Shown here: positions 25,728 to 36,035 of the stretch, piece after piece | Position numbering within the stretch: the stretch's first letter is position 1 | Layout of the letters: each line of letters starts with the position of its first letter | Assembly: GCA_965248065.1 (NCBI GenBank) | Contig: OZ252088.1 | Span: forward strand, 1,740,773-1,804,772 | Reading direction: 5' to 3' | DNA length: 64,000 nucleotides | From: Dehalococcoidia bacterium | GTDB lineage: Bacteria; Chloroflexota; Dehalococcoidia; Lucifugimonadales; Australimonadaceae | The notes under the pieces: generated by a model | Databases searched by the model: none | What the model saw: the letters and a program-made list of their open reading frames with translations, nothing else | Told to the model about the DNA's origin: nothing | Translations under genes and position numbers: made by a program

Positions 25728-26611
25728 TCCTCAGACCTCTTCTGTGTGCGGTTGCGAATGTAGATGGCCACGGCGTTCATGGAGAGCAGTACTCCTAGGA
25801 GGACAATGATGCCCGCGGCGGCGATGCCCCGGAATTCGGGCTTAGGCTGCTGCACCCAGTTGTATATCTGTACGGGCATCACCGAGAACTCGTCGAGCGG
25901 GTCGGTCGGGATGAACGTGAGGAAGACGAGCGCGCTGATGGCGATCATCGGGGCGGCCTCTCCGATGGCGCGCGACATGGCGAGGATCGTGCCGGTCAGT
26001 ATGCCCGGGGTCGCCTGGGGCAGGACGATGTCCTTCACGGTCTGGAACTTGGTTGCGCCGAGGCCGTACGACGCCTCCCGGTAAGTCGAGGGAACGGCGC
26101 GTATCGCCTCCCGCGAGGCTATGATGACGATCGGCATGACGAGCAGCGACATCGTGAGCGCGCCCGCAATCACCGTTCGCCCCATCGATAGGATCTGTAC
26201 GAAGACTGCGAGGCCGAGCAGTCCGTAGACGATGGACGGCACCCCTGCCAGGTTCGATATGTTGACCTCGATGATGCGAGTGAACCAGTTCTTAGGCGCG
26301 TACTCCTCCAGATAGACGGCCGCGCCGACGCCTACCGGGATAGTGAAGAGGGCGGTCAGCCCCATGATCCATATCGTTCCGAAGATTGCCGATTTCATGC
26401 CGGCCTGTTCCGGGAAACGGGATGGGTAGTCCGTGATGAAGTGGATGCTGAGCCAAGGGATGCCCTCCCATAGCACGCGCACTAGCAGGGCGGCCAGCCC
26501 GGCCAGCCCAAGGAAGATGGCGGCGATGAAAATGACGTAGGCGAACGCGCCAATCCGCTTGCGCACCTCAAGGCGAGGGTTTAGCAGGGCGGTGATTTCC
26601 GTCTTGGCCAT
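25724..26611 (-). CDS. pstA: Phosphate ABC transporter permease PstA
   Basis: Polytopic permease positioned between pstC and pstB. ATG at 26611 (MAKTEIT) follows a GAGGAG RBS; the alternative start at 26626 overlaps pstC. Confidence 0.9.
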   Translation of the reverse strand: MAKTEITALLNPRLEVRKRIGAFAYVIFIAAIFLGLAGLAALLVRVLWEGIPWLSIHFITDYPSRFPEQAGMKSAIFGTIWIMGLTALFTIPVGVGAAVYLEEYAPKNWFTRIIEVNISNLAGVPSIVYGLLGLAVFVQILSMGRTVIAGALTMSLLVMPIVIIASREAIRAVPSTYREASYGLGATKFQTVKDIVLPQATPGILTGTILAMSRAIGEAAPMIAISALVFLTFIPTDPLDEFSVMPVQIYNWVQQPKPEFRGIAAAGIIVLLGVLLSMNAVAIYIRNRTQKRSEE

Positions 26612-26612
26612 A

Positions 26613-27599
26613 TCAGTACTCCTCACGGAAGCGGCGGACCAGGAAGTGGCCGAGCACGTTCATGCCGAGGGTGAAGGCGAACAGGAGCAGGCCGACAGCG
26701 AAGATTGTGTTGTATTCCAGCGAGCCATGCGGGGTTTCGCCGTGCGCCAGCTGGACGATGAACGCAGTCATCGCCTGGATGCTTTCGATTGGGTTGAAAG
26801 TGAGCCGAGGCGTAGCGCCGGCGGCAAGCGTCACGAGCATCGTCTCGCCGATAGCGCGCGAGAACGCCAGGATGAACGAGGCGACGATGCCGGAGAGAGC
26901 GGCGGGCACGACGATTCGGAGGGAAACCTCCAGCCTCGTTCCGCCGAGAGCGTAGGCTGCGTGGCGGAGCGACCGGGGCACCGCGACCATCGCATCCTCG
27001 CTGAGCGACGAAACCATCGGAATGATCATCAGGCCCATCACCAGACCGGCGCTCAGCGCGTTGTATACGATCAGGTCCTCGCGGAAGACGCGGATCGGGA
27101 TGCTCTGGAGGAGAGGCGTGATGAACGTGAGCGCGAAGTACCCGTATACGACAGTGGGGATGCCCGCGAGCACTTCCAAGATCGGCTTGATGGTGCGCCG
27201 CACTTTGTCCGGCGCGTACTCCGAGAGGTAGATCGCGATGGCCAACCCCGCGGGGACCGCCACAGCCGCCGCAATGGACGCGACGAGGAGCGTGCCGCTC
27301 ACCAACGGCAGGACTCCGTAGTGCCGGTTGCCCTCTGCGTCTTTGAGGATGGGCGACCAGGTTGTGCCGAACAAGAAGTCCCAGGGGGCAATCTCGCCGA
27401 AGAATCCGAGCGATTGACTCAGCAGGCTCGCCACGATCCCGCCGGTTGTGATGACGGACATGACGGCGCAGGCGAAGAAGAGCCAATGAACGATGCGGCC
27501 CTGCAGCGCTCCGCGTTTGCGGTTGCGGTTCAGCTGCACGGCTTTGCGGCGCTGTCCGATTGGTGCTGCGAAGCCATCTCGTGCGGTAGTGTCCATCAC
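26613..27599 (-). CDS. pstC: Phosphate ABC transporter permease PstC
   Basis: Polytopic permease with EAA-like loop ..FSRAIGETM.., in pst operon context. Confidence 0.9.
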   Translation of the reverse strand: MMDTTARDGFAAPIGQRRKAVQLNRNRKRGALQGRIVHWLFFACAVMSVITTGGIVASLLSQSLGFFGEIAPWDFLFGTTWSPILKDAEGNRHYGVLPLVSGTLLVASIAAAVAVPAGLAIAIYLSEYAPDKVRRTIKPILEVLAGIPTVVYGYFALTFITPLLQSIPIRVFREDLIVYNALSAGLVMGLMIIPMVSSLSEDAMVAVPRSLRHAAYALGGTRLEVSLRIVVPAALSGIVASFILAFSRAIGETMLVTLAAGATPRLTFNPIESIQAMTAFIVQLAHGETPHGSLEYNTIFAVGLLLFAFTLGMNVLGHFLVRRFREEY

Positions 27600-27639
27600 T
27601 CATCCCCGGCTCGTCTAGTGCTGTCTTCGCTGTATTTGG

Positions 27640-27772
27640 GGCCGACGGCCACTTGCGCCGGCCGTCGGCCTCCTCCTCCTCCCTGGCCTCTGCTCTGTAG
27701 TGTTGCACGGGGGATGACAGGGGGCTGTGGCCAAACCGGGTCTTGCCCGGTGGGAGGAAGACCACAGCCCCC
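27640..27772 (-). promoter_or_regulatory. Two strong stem-loops in the pstS-pstC intercistronic gap
   Basis: An 11-bp stem at 27640-27650/27660-27670, and an 11-bp perfect stem at 27720-27730/27762-27772 that encloses an inner CCGGG/CCCGG hairpin. Confidence 0.7.
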
Positions 27773-27786
27773 GGAAGACGTTTCGA

Positions 27787-28758
27787 TTAGAGACCCGCGG
27801 CAGCCTTGTTGGCGGCGTAGACGCTGGGGTCGACGGGGACGTAGCCCTCCTCGCCGGTGAGCTGGTAGCCGTTGTCCATGTAGTACTCGACGAAGCCTCT
27901 GATCTCGGGTTTTTCGAGGCTCTTGACGTTGACGTAGATGAAGAGGGGGCGTGAGAGAGGGGTGTAGGAGCCGTCCTCGATGGCAGAGGGTTCAGGAGCG
28001 ACGCAGCCGTCGCCGTCGTCGATGGCGATGACCTTGAGGCTGTCCTTGTTCTCCTGGTAGTAGGCGTAGCCGAAGTAGCCGAGAGAGCCGCGGTCGCCGG
28101 CGATGCCCCGGACGAGGACGTTGTCGTCGGCGGAAGCGGTGTAGTCGGCGCGGGAGACCTGGGACTCGCCGTTGATCTCTTCGGTGAAGTAGTCGAAGGT
28201 GCCGGAATCGGTGTCGGGGCCGTAGAGGCGTAGTCGCTGGTCGGGGAACCCTGCGCGGACGTCTTGCCAGTTGTTGATGGTGGACCCGGGCTTCCAGACT
28301 TCGTTGAGCTCGGCAACGGTGAGACATTCCACGAAGTTGTTGTCGGGGTGGACCATGACGGAGAGTCCGTCGGTGCCGACGCGCATCTCGATGAACTCGA
28401 TGCCGTTGGCGGCGGCGGCTTCGGCCTCGGAGTCCTTGATGGGCCTGGAGGCGTTGGAGATGTCGGTCTCGCCGGCGGTGAAGCGTTTGAAGCCTCCGCC
28501 GGTGCCGGAGACGGCGACGTTGACCTGGACTTTAGGCTGACCCTTGCGGAACTCCTCGGCGACGGCCTGGGTGACGGGGAAGACGGTGGAAGAGCCGTCG
28601 ATCTGGATCGTCCCGCTGAGCTCCTCGGTCGGAGCGGGCTGGCCGGCCGACCCCGTGGGCGTCGGGGTAGGGTCGCCGCACGCCGCAAAGACCGCGACGA
28701 GGGCCGCTGCAAAGAGGGCCAAGCCGTTCAATCGTAGATACCTGCTGGCAATCATCAT
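27787..28758 (-). CDS. pstS: Phosphate ABC transporter substrate-binding lipoprotein PstS
   Basis: Lipobox FAAC and GSSTV..TGGG..ASRP phosphate-binding motifs. It is the first gene of the pst operon. Confidence 0.9.
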   Translation of the reverse strand: MMIASRYLRLNGLALFAAALVAVFAACGDPTPTPTGSAGQPAPTEELSGTIQIDGSSTVFPVTQAVAEEFRKGQPKVQVNVAVSGTGGGFKRFTAGETDISNASRPIKDSEAEAAAANGIEFIEMRVGTDGLSVMVHPDNNFVECLTVAELNEVWKPGSTINNWQDVRAGFPDQRLRLYGPDTDSGTFDYFTEEINGESQVSRADYTASADDNVLVRGIAGDRGSLGYFGYAYYQENKDSLKVIAIDDGDGCVAPEPSAIEDGSYTPLSRPLFIYVNVKSLEKPEIRGFVEYYMDNGYQLTGEEGYVPVDPSVYAANKAAAGL

Positions 28759-28994
28759 TCCTCCTGTTCGTTGGTCCGCTCTAAACGTTACCGACGCGAC
28801 GTTAACGCCCGACCGGAGCCTTCATTAATGGGCGGTTAACCCTTGTGTTCATGAGCCCGAAAGCGCGTTCACGAGTACTGTTGCCCAACGCTTAAGGGGA
28901 TGTTAACAGTCTGAGCGCGGACAGCCCGAGGGCTGCGGCGCGCGCTCAGACCTCTGTCGGGGACCCGCTCACGTCCGGGACATTCGACTATTGG

Positions 28995-29756
28995 ATGGCA
29001 GGCAGGCGTCGGATAGACTCGCTCATATCCGAAATCGAGGCGGTTCGAGTGACGAATATTATCGAAGCCCAGAATGTGTACAAGACCTACCATACCGGAG
29101 AGATTGAGGTGCATGCCCTGCAAGGCATCGGCCTGAACATCGGGAAGGGCCAGATGGTCGCGATCATGGGCCCGTCCGGCTCCGGCAAGACGACCCTGCT
29201 GAACACCTTCTCCGGCATCGATGACGTGACCAGTGGTCAAGTCACCATCGACGGCGCGTCGATCCACGACATGTCCGACAGGGAGCGTACGCAGTACCGC
29301 GCCCTGAACATGGGGTTCGTGTTCCAGTCCTACAACCTTCTGCCCGTGCTCACCGGCGCGGAGAACGTCGAGCTGCCGCTGCTGCTCGCGGGCGACGGCC
29401 AGTCAAAGGCCCGCGCCCGCGCCATGGAAGTGCTCGATATGGTGGAGCTTGCGGACCAGGCGAACAAGCGCCCGGCGGAGATGTCGGGCGGGCAGCAGCA
29501 GCGCGTCACCATCGCGCGCGCCCTCGTGAACGATCCCGCCATCGTGTGGGCGGACGAGCCGACCGGCGCGCTCGACAGCGAGACCGGCGCGCACATCATG
29601 GACCTGCTCTGCCGCCTCAACCGGGAGCGGGAACAGACGTTCGTGCTCGTTACGCACGACGACACGGTCGGCTCTCGCGCCGGACGCATGGTGCGGATGC
29701 GGGACGGGCAGATTGAAAGCGACGAGATGGTCTCGCCGGACGGTAAGGGGGCATAG
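28995..29756 (+). CDS. ABC transporter ATP-binding protein (MacB/LolD-like)
   Basis: [27 protein letters not shown] and [11 protein letters not shown] motifs. An alternative GTG start is at 29049. Confidence 0.9.
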   Translation: MAGRRRIDSLISEIEAVRVTNIIEAQNVYKTYHTGEIEVHALQGIGLNIGKGQMVAIMGPSGSGKTTLLNTFSGIDDVTSGQVTIDGASIHDMSDRERTQYRALNMGFVFQSYNLLPVLTGAENVELPLLLAGDGQSKARARAMEVLDMVELADQANKRPAEMSGGQQQRVTIARALVNDPAIVWADEPTGALDSETGAHIMDLLCRLNREREQTFVLVTHDDTVGSRAGRMVRMRDGQIESDEMVSPDGKGA

Positions 29757-29759
29757 GCG

Positions 29760-32700
29760 ATGGAGAAGCTCTTCGGCATACCCATCGGCACGCTTACCGC
29801 CGCGCTTACCGTTGTGTTCCTCATCACCGCCGCTATAACGGCTTTGTTTGCGCTGCGTAATCCCGTCGTGCTGAAGATGGCGGTGCGGAACATCCCGCGG
29901 CGGCGCGCGCAGACCGTGCTCATCGTCGTCGGCCTGATGCTCGCGACGCTGCTCTTCTCCGCGTCCTTCGCTACCGGCGACACGCTGGCCCACTCGATTC
30001 GGGTCCAGACGGTTGAGCAGCTCGGCGAGCTGGATGAGACCGTCTTCTCGGAGACGAGGGCCGCCTCCGGGGCGCCGGAGTACATTCCGCTGGACGTGGC
30101 GGACGCCATTCGGGAGGCGCTGGCTGACGCGCCGGTGGATGTCGTCGCGCCCGTCATCGCCGTCAGGGTCCCGGCGGTGTCGCTCGAATCGGAGCGGAAC
30201 GTGCCAAGGCTTCAGCTGCTGGCTCTCGACCCCGCTCAGACGGGTGTGCTCGGCGGCTACCGCGACGCGGACGGCAGAGAGCTGCCGCTCGACGCCCTCG
30301 GCCGGAACGAGACATACCTGAGCGAGTCGGCTGCCGATGACCTGCGCGCCGGGGCGGGTAGTGAAATCGCGCTCTTCTTCGACGAGACGCCGGTGACGGC
30401 GCGCGTGGCCGGAGTGTTTGCCGAGGGAGGGACGAACCCATCGTTCTCCCCCGTGGCGGTCATGCGTCTGAGCGCCTTGCAGGAAACTCTGGGCGAGCAG
30501 GGGAAGATCAACTACGTCTACATATCGAACGAGGGAGGCGATATCGCGGGCACCGGGCACACTGACGCCGTGCTGGAGGCATTCGCAGACCTGCGCGAGG
30601 AGCGCATGTTGGAATCCGAAAGCCTGAAGAAGGACGCCATCGAGCAAGCGGACGCCGTGGGCGGAGGGCTCGCGAGCATCTTCCTGCTGTTCGGCACCTT
30701 CTCCATCATGGCGGGGATACTGCTCATCGCGCTCATCTTCGTGATGCTGGCGGCGGAGCGGAAGAAGGAGCTGGGCATCGCGCGGGCAGTGGGCGCGCAG
30801 CGCGGGCATATCGTCCGGCTGTTCACGTTCGAAGGCGCCGTCTACTCCCTCGCGGCGGCGGCGGTCGGCAGCGTGCTGGGCGTCGCCGTCGGCGCCGTGA
30901 TGGTCGGCGTCATGGCGGCTGCGCTGGGCAACGCCTTCGAGGACTTCGAGATCGCGTTTTCGTTTCGGTGGCAGAGCCTGCTGCTCGCGTACACGCTGGG
31001 AATGGTGGTGACGTACCTAGTGGTCATCGTCTCGGCCGGGAGGGTGAGCGCGCTCAACATCGTCCGGGCGGTGCGGGACATACCGGAGCCGCCGGGCGAA
31101 GGCCACGCCCTGCGCGAGTCGTGGAAGGCGGTGGGCCGCCCCTACGCAGAGGGCGCGAGGGCGCTGCGGCGTCTGCGTCCGCACCGCGCATTGCGATTGT
31201 GGCTCATCAGCGCCCCGTGCGCCATCGTCAAATTGGCGTGGGCGCTCTTCCTCGCGGGCTACCTCATGGCGCTCCTCGGAGTGGTGGTGACGAACGCAGG
31301 CATCGGGCAGGAGCAGATGGGCCCCTTCCTGCTCGGCGTATCCCTCGTCCTCGTTGGCGCTCCCCTCATGCTCAGACACATCGGCCTCCTGCCGGAGCGC
31401 ATCGCCTACACGGCCGCCGGGGTACTGCTCGTTGCGCTCTGGATGATTCCGATAGACTTGGAAGCGCTCGGGCTGCCGAAGCTCAACGAAGGGATCGAGT
31501 TGTTCATCCTCTCCGGAGTGACCGTCGTGGTCGGCGCGGTCTGGGTGGTGATGTACAACTCGCCGCTCCTCGTGGGCGCGGTGACGGCGCTGGCGGGCAG
31601 GGGGCGCTCTCTCTCGCCCATCATTCGCACCGCGACGGCGTATCCGATGGCGAGCCGCTTCCGCACCGGCATGACGCTGGCCATGTTCTCGCTCGTCATC
31701 TTCACCCTGGCGGTCGTCGGCTTCATCAACGCGGCGTTTGCTTCGTCGCTGGACGACACCCGTAAGTTCTCCGGGGGCATCGACATCGCCGCCCGCGTCA
31801 GCTTCACCAATCCTATCGACGACCTTGGCGCGCGCATCGAGGAATCTCCTGCGCTGGACGCGAGCGAGTTCGCAGTCATCGGCGCTACGAGCGGGCTGCC
31901 CGTCCGCATCCGGCAGCAGGACACGGAACAGGAGCCGCAGGACTGGTTCGTTACAGGCATCGACCCAAGCTACGCGGAAGCCGTCACCTACGGGTTCGCC
32001 CTGCGGGACGAGCGTTACGCCGCCGACCGCGACATCTGGCGCGCGCTCGTGGAGGAGGAGAACGTCGTCGTCGTCAACGCGGCGATGGTCCCCGCCGCGT
32101 CGGACTTCGACACCGGGGAGCCGGAGCTCACCTTTCAGTTGGAGGGTTTCCAGCGGGACGGCGGCGAGCTGCCGGAGGTCTACCTGGAGGTGTACGACGC
32201 AGCCGAGGAGCAGATGGCGGAGCTGCGCGTGATAGGGGTCGTAGAGGACCAGGCGTTCTTCGCCCCCACCGTCATTACCGGCATCGGGACGTTGCAGCCG
32301 CTCGCGCCGGTGGAGCTCCCGTTCCTGAGCTACCAAATCGTGCTGCGCGACCCGTCGCGCGCGGAGGAGGTCGCGACGGCGCTCGAAGACGAGTTCCTGG
32401 AGCACGGGGTGCAGGCGGACTCGCTCGAGAAGACCGTGCGGGACCTCACCGCCCTGAACCTTACGTTCAACCGCCTCATCCAGGGCTTCATGGGTTTGGG
32501 CCTCGTGGTGGGCATCGCCGCCCTCGGCGTGATCGCGGCCCGCTCCGTTGTGGAGCGCCGGGTGCAGATCGGCGTGCTGCGCGCCATCGGCTTCCGACGT
32601 GGCATGGTGCAGCTCTCCTTCCTCATCGAGTCCTCGTTCATCGCGCTGTTGGGCATTGCGCTGGGTCTCGGCCTCGGTTTCGGGCTGTCGGCGAGCATCA

Positions 32701-32867
32701 TCAAGGAGATAGGCGAGAGCATCGACGGGGTGTCGTACACCATTCCATGGGACACGATCATCCTCGTGGTGGTTGTTGCGTACGGCGCTTCGCTGCTCAC
32801 GACGTATCTGCCGGCGCGGCAGGCGTCCAACATCTACCCCGCGGAAGCGCTCAGGATGGACGAGTAG
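29760..32867 (+). CDS. FtsX/MacB-like ABC transporter permease (double FtsX domain, 1035 aa)
   Basis: Two FtsX-type 4-TM modules are separated by large extracytoplasmic regions. The gene lies 4 nt after the ATPase. Confidence 0.85.
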   Translation: MEKLFGIPIGTLTAALTVVFLITAAITALFALRNPVVLKMAVRNIPRRRAQTVLIVVGLMLATLLFSASFATGDTLAHSIRVQTVEQLGELDETVFSETRAASGAPEYIPLDVADAIREALADAPVDVVAPVIAVRVPAVSLESERNVPRLQLLALDPAQTGVLGGYRDADGRELPLDALGRNETYLSESAADDLRAGAGSEIALFFDETPVTARVAGVFAEGGTNPSFSPVAVMRLSALQETLGEQGKINYVYISNEGGDIAGTGHTDAVLEAFADLREERMLESESLKKDAIEQADAVGGGLASIFLLFGTFSIMAGILLIALIFVMLAAERKKELGIARAVGAQRGHIVRLFTFEGAVYSLAAAAVGSVLGVAVGAVMVGVMAAALGNAFEDFEIAFSFRWQSLLLAYTLGMVVTYLVVIVSAGRVSALNIVRAVRDIPEPPGEGHALRESWKAVGRPYAEGARALRRLRPHRALRLWLISAPCAIVKLAWALFLAGYLMALLGVVVTNAGIGQEQMGPFLLGVSLVLVGAPLMLRHIGLLPERIAYTAAGVLLVALWMIPIDLEALGLPKLNEGIELFILSGVTVVVGAVWVVMYNSPLLVGAVTALAGRGRSLSPIIRTATAYPMASRFRTGMTLAMFSLVIFTLAVVGFINAAFASSLDDTRKFSGGIDIAARVSFTNPIDDLGARIEESPALDASEFAVIGATSGLPVRIRQQDTEQEPQDWFVTGIDPSYAEAVTYGFALRDERYAADRDIWRALVEEENVVVVNAAMVPAASDFDTGEPELTFQLEGFQRDGGELPEVYLEVYDAAEEQMAELRVIGVVEDQAFFAPTVITGIGTLQPLAPVELPFLSYQIVLRDPSRAEEVATALEDEFLEHGVQADSLEKTVRDLTALNLTFNRLIQGFMGLGLVVGIAALGVIAARSVVERRVQIGVLRAIGFRRGMVQLSFLIESSFIALLGIALGLGLGFGLSASIIKEIGESIDGVSYTIPWDTIILVVVVAYGASLLTTYLPARQASNIYPAEALRMDE

Positions 32868-33290
32868 GGGCTCCCCCCTGCCTCTGCAAGAGGGGCCGCG
32901 CCCGGCTCTCCTCTCGCGGACGGGAGGGAGTTTATCGTCCTCTCCTCCGCCTGCGGGGGAGACTGAGAGGGGCCGCGACATCTGCCCCTTCCCCCATCCC
33001 CCACCAACCCCTACCATGGACTCCGACAGACTACGCGCTGTCCCCTTCCGTTCCCCTCCTTGCCAAGGAGGGGCTAGGGGTGGTCCCACAGGGGGTCCGG
33101 CGCCCCCCACCAGCCCCGGAAATCCGGGGGGTCGAATTTCTTGAATTCTTGCATTCTTAACCCCCTTCCACCGCACCACGGCCTGGTAAACAGGATCAGA
33201 AAGTTCCGGGGAAAATAAGTTCTTGCCCCCCACTCCGCCGCCCGGCGACCGCGCCACGGCCACGTAAAGGCGGCTCCGAGTCGGCGTTGG
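32868..33290 (+). repeat. Composite repeat block R1 (M2-like hairpins + M3 + M5)
   Basis: M3 lies at 32975-33028 and M5 at 33124-33268. The block is an inverted counterpart of 50803-51325. Confidence 0.8.
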
Positions 33291-33920
33291 CTAGTAGGGC
33301 TCTCTGTAGCAGAGGCCGGCTTCCGGCCCCTGACTCCCGCGGTACGCGTCTACGAACTCAATGAGCTGGTCGGCGTCGAAGCTCTCCAAGGGCAGCACCC
33401 GGCCCCAGACCGTCGCGACGACCTCGTAGGACATGTCGGAGTACGAGCCCGCCACGACGCACTGGTTGCCGGTCGTCCGTACGAGCTGGTTCACCGCACC
33501 TGCAAGCTCAGGATTCCCCGGCTGGTGCCAGATGGCCACGCCGCCGTGCTCCATGTTGTGGACCACTCGTTCGGGGACCAACGGCTCGCCCAAATACCCC
33601 CACCCGTGGTGCGGCAGGTCGAAATGATGCCCGGAGGTCGGCGGGATGCGCGCGGGAGCGCCGTCGACCTCGATGTCCTGGTTGTAGATATACGGCGGCT
33701 CGTGAGCGGCGGGCAGCAGCGGCACCCCGAACCCAGGCTCCGTCCCGCCGCCCCGCAGCAGCACGAACAGCGCGATCGCGGCCGCAATCACCACCGCGCC
33801 GCCGATGGCGTAAAGCGCCCCCCTCTTCTGCTTGCGCTTTTGGCCGTCAGCCCTGCGCTCTTGCGACGCTCGGGCGCGCCGCGATCCTTCTCTGCGGCGT
33901 TGCCGCGCATCAGATGTCAT
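33291..33920 (-). CDS. DUF3105 domain protein (N-terminal TM)
   Basis: The motifs PPTSGHH..HGW..VVHNMEHGGVAIWH are characteristic of DUF3105. Confidence 0.75.
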   Translation of the reverse strand: MTSDARQRRREGSRRARASQERRADGQKRKQKRGALYAIGGAVVIAAAIALFVLLRGGGTEPGFGVPLLPAAHEPPYIYNQDIEVDGAPARIPPTSGHHFDLPHHGWGYLGEPLVPERVVHNMEHGGVAIWHQPGNPELAGAVNQLVRTTGNQCVVAGSYSDMSYEVVATVWGRVLPLESFDADQLIEFVDAYRGSQGPEAGLCYREPY

Positions 33921-33939
33921 AGCGGAGTCCTGGAAGTTG

Positions 33940-34851
33940 TTAGATGGCGTTCTGGATACGCTCCAGCAGCTCGCCGAGCGTCAGCCAATAATAGACGATG
34001 AACGCCCCCGATATGAGGAGCATCACCGCGCTGATCGTCCCGACGTAGGGGAGGACCTTGCGCAGACCGCCGACCATGGCGGTCTTGAATACGGCCATGC
34101 CCACCGTGAGCGCGAGAATCACGAAGCCCATGCCCAGCCCGTACAGCAGGAACTGCAGCATTGAGTCGAGGAAGGTGTCTGCCGTGAACGTGCCGCCGAT
34201 CACCGCTAGGAAGATGGGCAGCGTGCAGCTGAGCGAGGCCGTTCCGTAGCCCAGGCCGAACGTGAAGTACCCGCGGACGCTGTTGTTGTTCGCGTTCCCC
34301 ACCCGGGCGGAGAGGCGCATAGCGAGGTTGTTGTACAGCTTGCCGCCGGAGAGGAGGTACGCCCCGGCGACGGTCAGAAGCACGCCTATCGTCAGTCCGA
34401 CCCAGGGGAAGAAGTCCACCAGGCCGCGCGCCCCGAGTCCAATCGGGACTCCCACGGCCGCGAACATCAGAACGAACCCCGCCGTCACTGTCGCTCCGAC
34501 GAGCAACGCGCGCTGGAGCCTCGCCGCCACGTTCTGGCCCTGGGCCTCCTGATCGCCCAGATACAGCCCAAGATAGGCAGGCAGCATCGCGAAGCCGCAG
34601 GGATTGACCGATGAGACCATGCCAGCGCTGAAGGCGAACCCCAGCGGGAAGATGTCGCCGACCCGGCTGAGGAAGTTTCCGGAGCTTGCCGACGCGGACT
34701 CGACATTCTCGGTCACTACGCCAAGCTCCGCGCCGGTGATGATGGCGCCCACGACCGCTATAGCCAGTGCGCCGACGAGCGCCGCAATCGGCCCTAGCAG
34801 CGTCCAGCGGAGAACGCGGTTCCCGGATATCGCTCCTTGCATCTGGTCCAT
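33940..34851 (-). CDS. ccdA: Cytochrome c biogenesis CcdA/DsbD-family thiol-disulfide transporter
   Basis: SVNPCGFAMLPAYLG and a second conserved Cys (SLSCTLPIF) are present, with 6-8 TM spans. Confidence 0.8.
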   Translation of the reverse strand: MDQMQGAISGNRVLRWTLLGPIAALVGALAIAVVGAIITGAELGVVTENVESASASSGNFLSRVGDIFPLGFAFSAGMVSSVNPCGFAMLPAYLGLYLGDQEAQGQNVAARLQRALLVGATVTAGFVLMFAAVGVPIGLGARGLVDFFPWVGLTIGVLLTVAGAYLLSGGKLYNNLAMRLSARVGNANNNSVRGYFTFGLGYGTASLSCTLPIFLAVIGGTFTADTFLDSMLQFLLYGLGMGFVILALTVGMAVFKTAMVGGLRKVLPYVGTISAVMLLISGAFIVYYWLTLGELLERIQNAI

Positions 34852-34973
34852 CTCCTCCCTCAGCCTAGCAGCCCGCGTATCCGCTCCTCAATCGCAATGA
34901 GCGTCGGCGGAAGGCGTTACCAATGAGATGCGCGCTGAGGCGCGCCGGATGCCGGCGGGAGCGCCGCAGACGC

Positions 34974-36035
34974 CTAGACCGGCGGCGTCCGCCAGACGAG
35001 GCCCGCGCCGGGCGCGACCGACAGGCGCCAGGCCTGGGGCGTGTCTCGTCCTATCCGGCGCTCCACCTCCGGCGTCAGCTCCGCGTAGGCGAACGCCCCG
35101 TTTCGAAGCTCCAACACCAGCGTTCGCCGCAGCCCCGCATCAATCTCCCTGACCAGCTTCGCGTTACCGTTGGGGCCGGGTAGGGCGACCAGGTCCCTTG
35201 CCCGTGCCCCCGCCGTCACCTGCTCGCCTGCCGACAACCCCATGGCGGGCGCCTGCATTTCGATGCCCGCCGCGTCGATTGTGGCGATGCCGTCCTCCAC
35301 GGTGCTGACTGTCCCGTGCAGGATGTTCCGCACGCCCACCAGTTCGCCGACCCTGGGCGACGACGGCCGCCCGAACACCTCGTCCCGCGGCCCCGACTGC
35401 AATATCACGCCGTCGTCCAGCACTACGAGCTGTTGTGCGAGCGCGTGCGCCTCCGCGAGGTCGTGCGTCACTAGCACTGTCGGAGCGCCGACGCGCGATT
35501 CCAGCTCCAAGAGCTGCTCGGTCAACGCGGTCCGCGTCGGGGCGTCGAGGGCCGAAAACGGTTCGTCGAGCAATAGGAAGGCGGGGTCCGAGGCCAGCGC
35601 GCGCCCCAGCGCGACCCGCTGCCGCTGACCGCCGGACAACTGTGACGGCCGCCTCGCTTCGAGCTCCCCCAGCCCAAGGAGCTCGACGAGCTCCGCCACC
35701 CGCGACTGAGCAGACTGCTTGGGGCCAGGGAACCCGTATCCCAGATTTCCGGCCACCGTGAGGTGGGGGAACAGCGCGTAGTCTTGGAAAACGAACCCTG
35801 CGCGCCGCTTCCGTGGCGGCAGGTCGACATTGGCTCCGCTGTCGAACAGCGGTTCGCCGTCGCTCCATATCCTGCCGCCCGTCGGCCTCGTCAGTCCGGC
35901 GATCGTGCGTAAAGTTAGGGTCTTTCCGGAGCCTGACGGCCCAAGAATTGCAGTCGTCGTCCCAGGCTCTACCCGCAGGTTGATTGCCACGCGGAACGCC
36001 CCAGCCTGAGTGTTGGCGCTGGCTTCTAACGCCAT
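34974..36035 (-). CDS. modC: Molybdate-type ABC transporter ATP-binding protein with C-terminal TOBE-like domain
   Basis: [23 protein letters not shown] and LLLDEPFSALD motifs. ATG at 36035 overlaps the modB stop. The 487-aa ORF extension is out of context. Confidence 0.8.
   Translation of the reverse strand: MALEASANTQAGAFRVAINLRVEPGTTTAILGPSGSGKTLTLRTIAGLTRPTGGRIWSDGEPLFDSGANVDLPPRKRRAGFVFQDYALFPHLTVAGNLGYGFPGPKQSAQSRVAELVELLGLGELEARRPSQLSGGQRQRVALGRALASDPAFLLLDEPFSALDAPTRTALTEQLLELESRVGAPTVLVTHDLAEAHALAQQLVVLDDGVILQSGPRDEVFGRPSSPRVGELVGVRNILHGTVSTVEDGIATIDAAGIEMQAPAMGLSAGEQVTAGARARDLVALPGPNGNAKLVREIDAGLRRTLVLELRNGAFAYAELTPEVERRIGRDTPQAWRLSVAPGAGLVWRTPPV

Noticed and set aside
28869-29267. 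A 132-aa minus-strand ORF in the pstS / ABC exporter gap.
   Set aside because: Most of it is antisense to the ABC ATPase gene, which has intact Walker motifs. There is no RBS and no recognisable domain.
33124-33268. Module M5 as a housekeeping RNA (SRP RNA, tmRNA, 6S or RNase P), because of CCTGGTAAACAGG and GGGGGTCGAATTT strings.
   Set aside because: The hallmark motifs are absent: no GGAAGCAGCC-type SRP domain IV, no tRNA-like tmRNA ends and no RNase P GGAAAGUCC. The module also occurs twice in opposite orientations.
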